Of a DNA stretch of 61,498 nucleotides, positions 60,548-61,498 are shown one piece after another; positions within the stretch are counted from its first letter, which is position 1, and every line of letters starts with the position of its first letter. The notes under the pieces are model-generated. The model was not told the origin of the DNA. It saw only the letters and a program-made list of their open reading frames with translations, and searched no databases. Source of the stretch: Eubacterium sp. (GTDB lineage: Bacteria; Bacillota; Clostridia; Lachnospirales; Lachnospiraceae); NCBI GenBank assembly GCA_022769325.1, contig JALEKC010000154.1, forward strand, positions 1 to 61,498. Direction: 5' to 3'. Made by a program: the position numbers and the translations under genes.

Positions 60548-61483
60548 ATGGCTATTTCAGCATCAATGGTAAAAGAATTAAGAGAAATGACAGGCGCCGG
60601 AATGATGGATTGTAAGAAAGCTCTTACTGAGACAGACGGCGATATGGATAAAGCAGTAGATTATCTTCGCGAAAATGGTCTGGCAAAGGCTGAGAAAAAA
60701 GCAGGAAGAATTGCGGCAGAAGGTATTGTTAAAACCCATATCAGCGAAGACAAAACCCAGGCTTCTATCGTAGAAGTTAATAGTGAAACTGACTTCGTAG
60801 CAAAGAATGAAAAATTCCAGACATTTGTAGAAGCAGTTGCTGCTCAGGCAAATACTACAAGCGCAAAAGATATCGATGCATTCATGGATGAGGCATGGGC
60901 TGCAGATTCTTCTAAGACTGTAAAAGAAGAGTTGGCATCTATGATTGCTACCATCGGTGAGAATATGAATATTCGTCGCTTTGAGAAAGTTTCCTGCGAA
61001 AATGGTATGGTTGTTGACTACATTCATGCAGGTGGAAAAATCGGTGTTTTGATTGCTGCAGAAACAGATAACACAGGAGATGCTGTAGTTGAATGCTTGA
61101 AAAATGTTGCAATGCAGGTTGCTGCTATGAATCCAAAATATCTTTCTTCTGATGATGTATCCGAAGAATACAAAGAAAAAGAGAAAGAAGTTCTTTTGGC
61201 ACAGGCAAAGAACGATCCAAAGAATGCCGGAAAGCCGGATGAAATCATTGAGAAGATGATCATTGGACGTTTGAATAAGGAATTGAAAGAAGTTTGTCTG
61301 ACAGAGCAGATTTATGTAAAAGCAGAAAACAAAGAGTCTGTAGCAAAATATGTAGATATGGTTGCAAAGGAAAATGGCTGCAATATCACATTGAAAAAAT
61401 TTGTTCGTTTTGAAACCGGCGAAGGCTTGGAAAAGAAAAATGAAGATTTCGCTGCAGAAGTTGCTTCCCAGCTTGGCAACTAG
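60548..61483 (+). CDS. tsf: Elongation factor Ts
   Basis: VKELREMTGAGMMDCKKAL and NSETDFVAKN motifs. Confidence 0.99.
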   Translation: MAISASMVKELREMTGAGMMDCKKALTETDGDMDKAVDYLRENGLAKAEKKAGRIAAEGIVKTHISEDKTQASIVEVNSETDFVAKNEKFQTFVEAVAAQANTTSAKDIDAFMDEAWAADSSKTVKEELASMIATIGENMNIRRFEKVSCENGMVVDYIHAGGKIGVLIAAETDNTGDAVVECLKNVAMQVAAMNPKYLSSDDVSEEYKEKEKEVLLAQAKNDPKNAGKPDEIIEKMIIGRLNKELKEVCLTEQIYVKAENKESVAKYVDMVAKENGCNITLKKFVRFETGEGLEKKNEDFAAEVASQLGN

Positions 61484-61498
61484 GATATGTTTTTACAA

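Overview
Core-chromosome window from a motile, spore-forming Clostridia-class Firmicute; gene order and content suggest Lachnospiraceae (inference). Left part: infB (5'-truncated)-rbfA-DHH phosphoesterase-truB-ribF-MocR regulator, Na/Pi cotransporter-metallophosphoesterase-scpA-scpB, a convergent DRE-TIM aldolase-like gene, purM-purN-purD-glyA, a LacI-sensor/GGDEF protein, sigG divergent from ylmC-nrdR, and comM-dprA-topA-codY. A ~33 kb flagellar/chemotaxis cluster follows (flgB to fliA plus tail genes), then rpsB-tsf. No mobile elements, CRISPR arrays, rRNA or tRNA were seen. The best candidate for an undescribed system is inside the flagellar cluster. fliK-flgD-(TIGR02530-like gene)-flgE is bracketed by its own sigma28-type promoter and an intrinsic terminator. 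The small uncharacterised protein carries an FSKHAxxRLxxRNI...IVT motif reminiscent of BECR/RelE-fold RNases. A tandem-hairpin RNA element lies between it and the flgE ribosome-binding site. Together these suggest a post-transcriptional protein/RNA module controlling hook synthesis (hypothesis, untested). Other oddities: an X2-like Ig domain on FlgD, a CodY with a diverged helix-turn-helix, a Na+-type stator signature, no cheC in the cluster, and sigG detached from sigE. Start codons were adjusted by eye using RBS positions; family assignments rest on motif recognition, not database searches.
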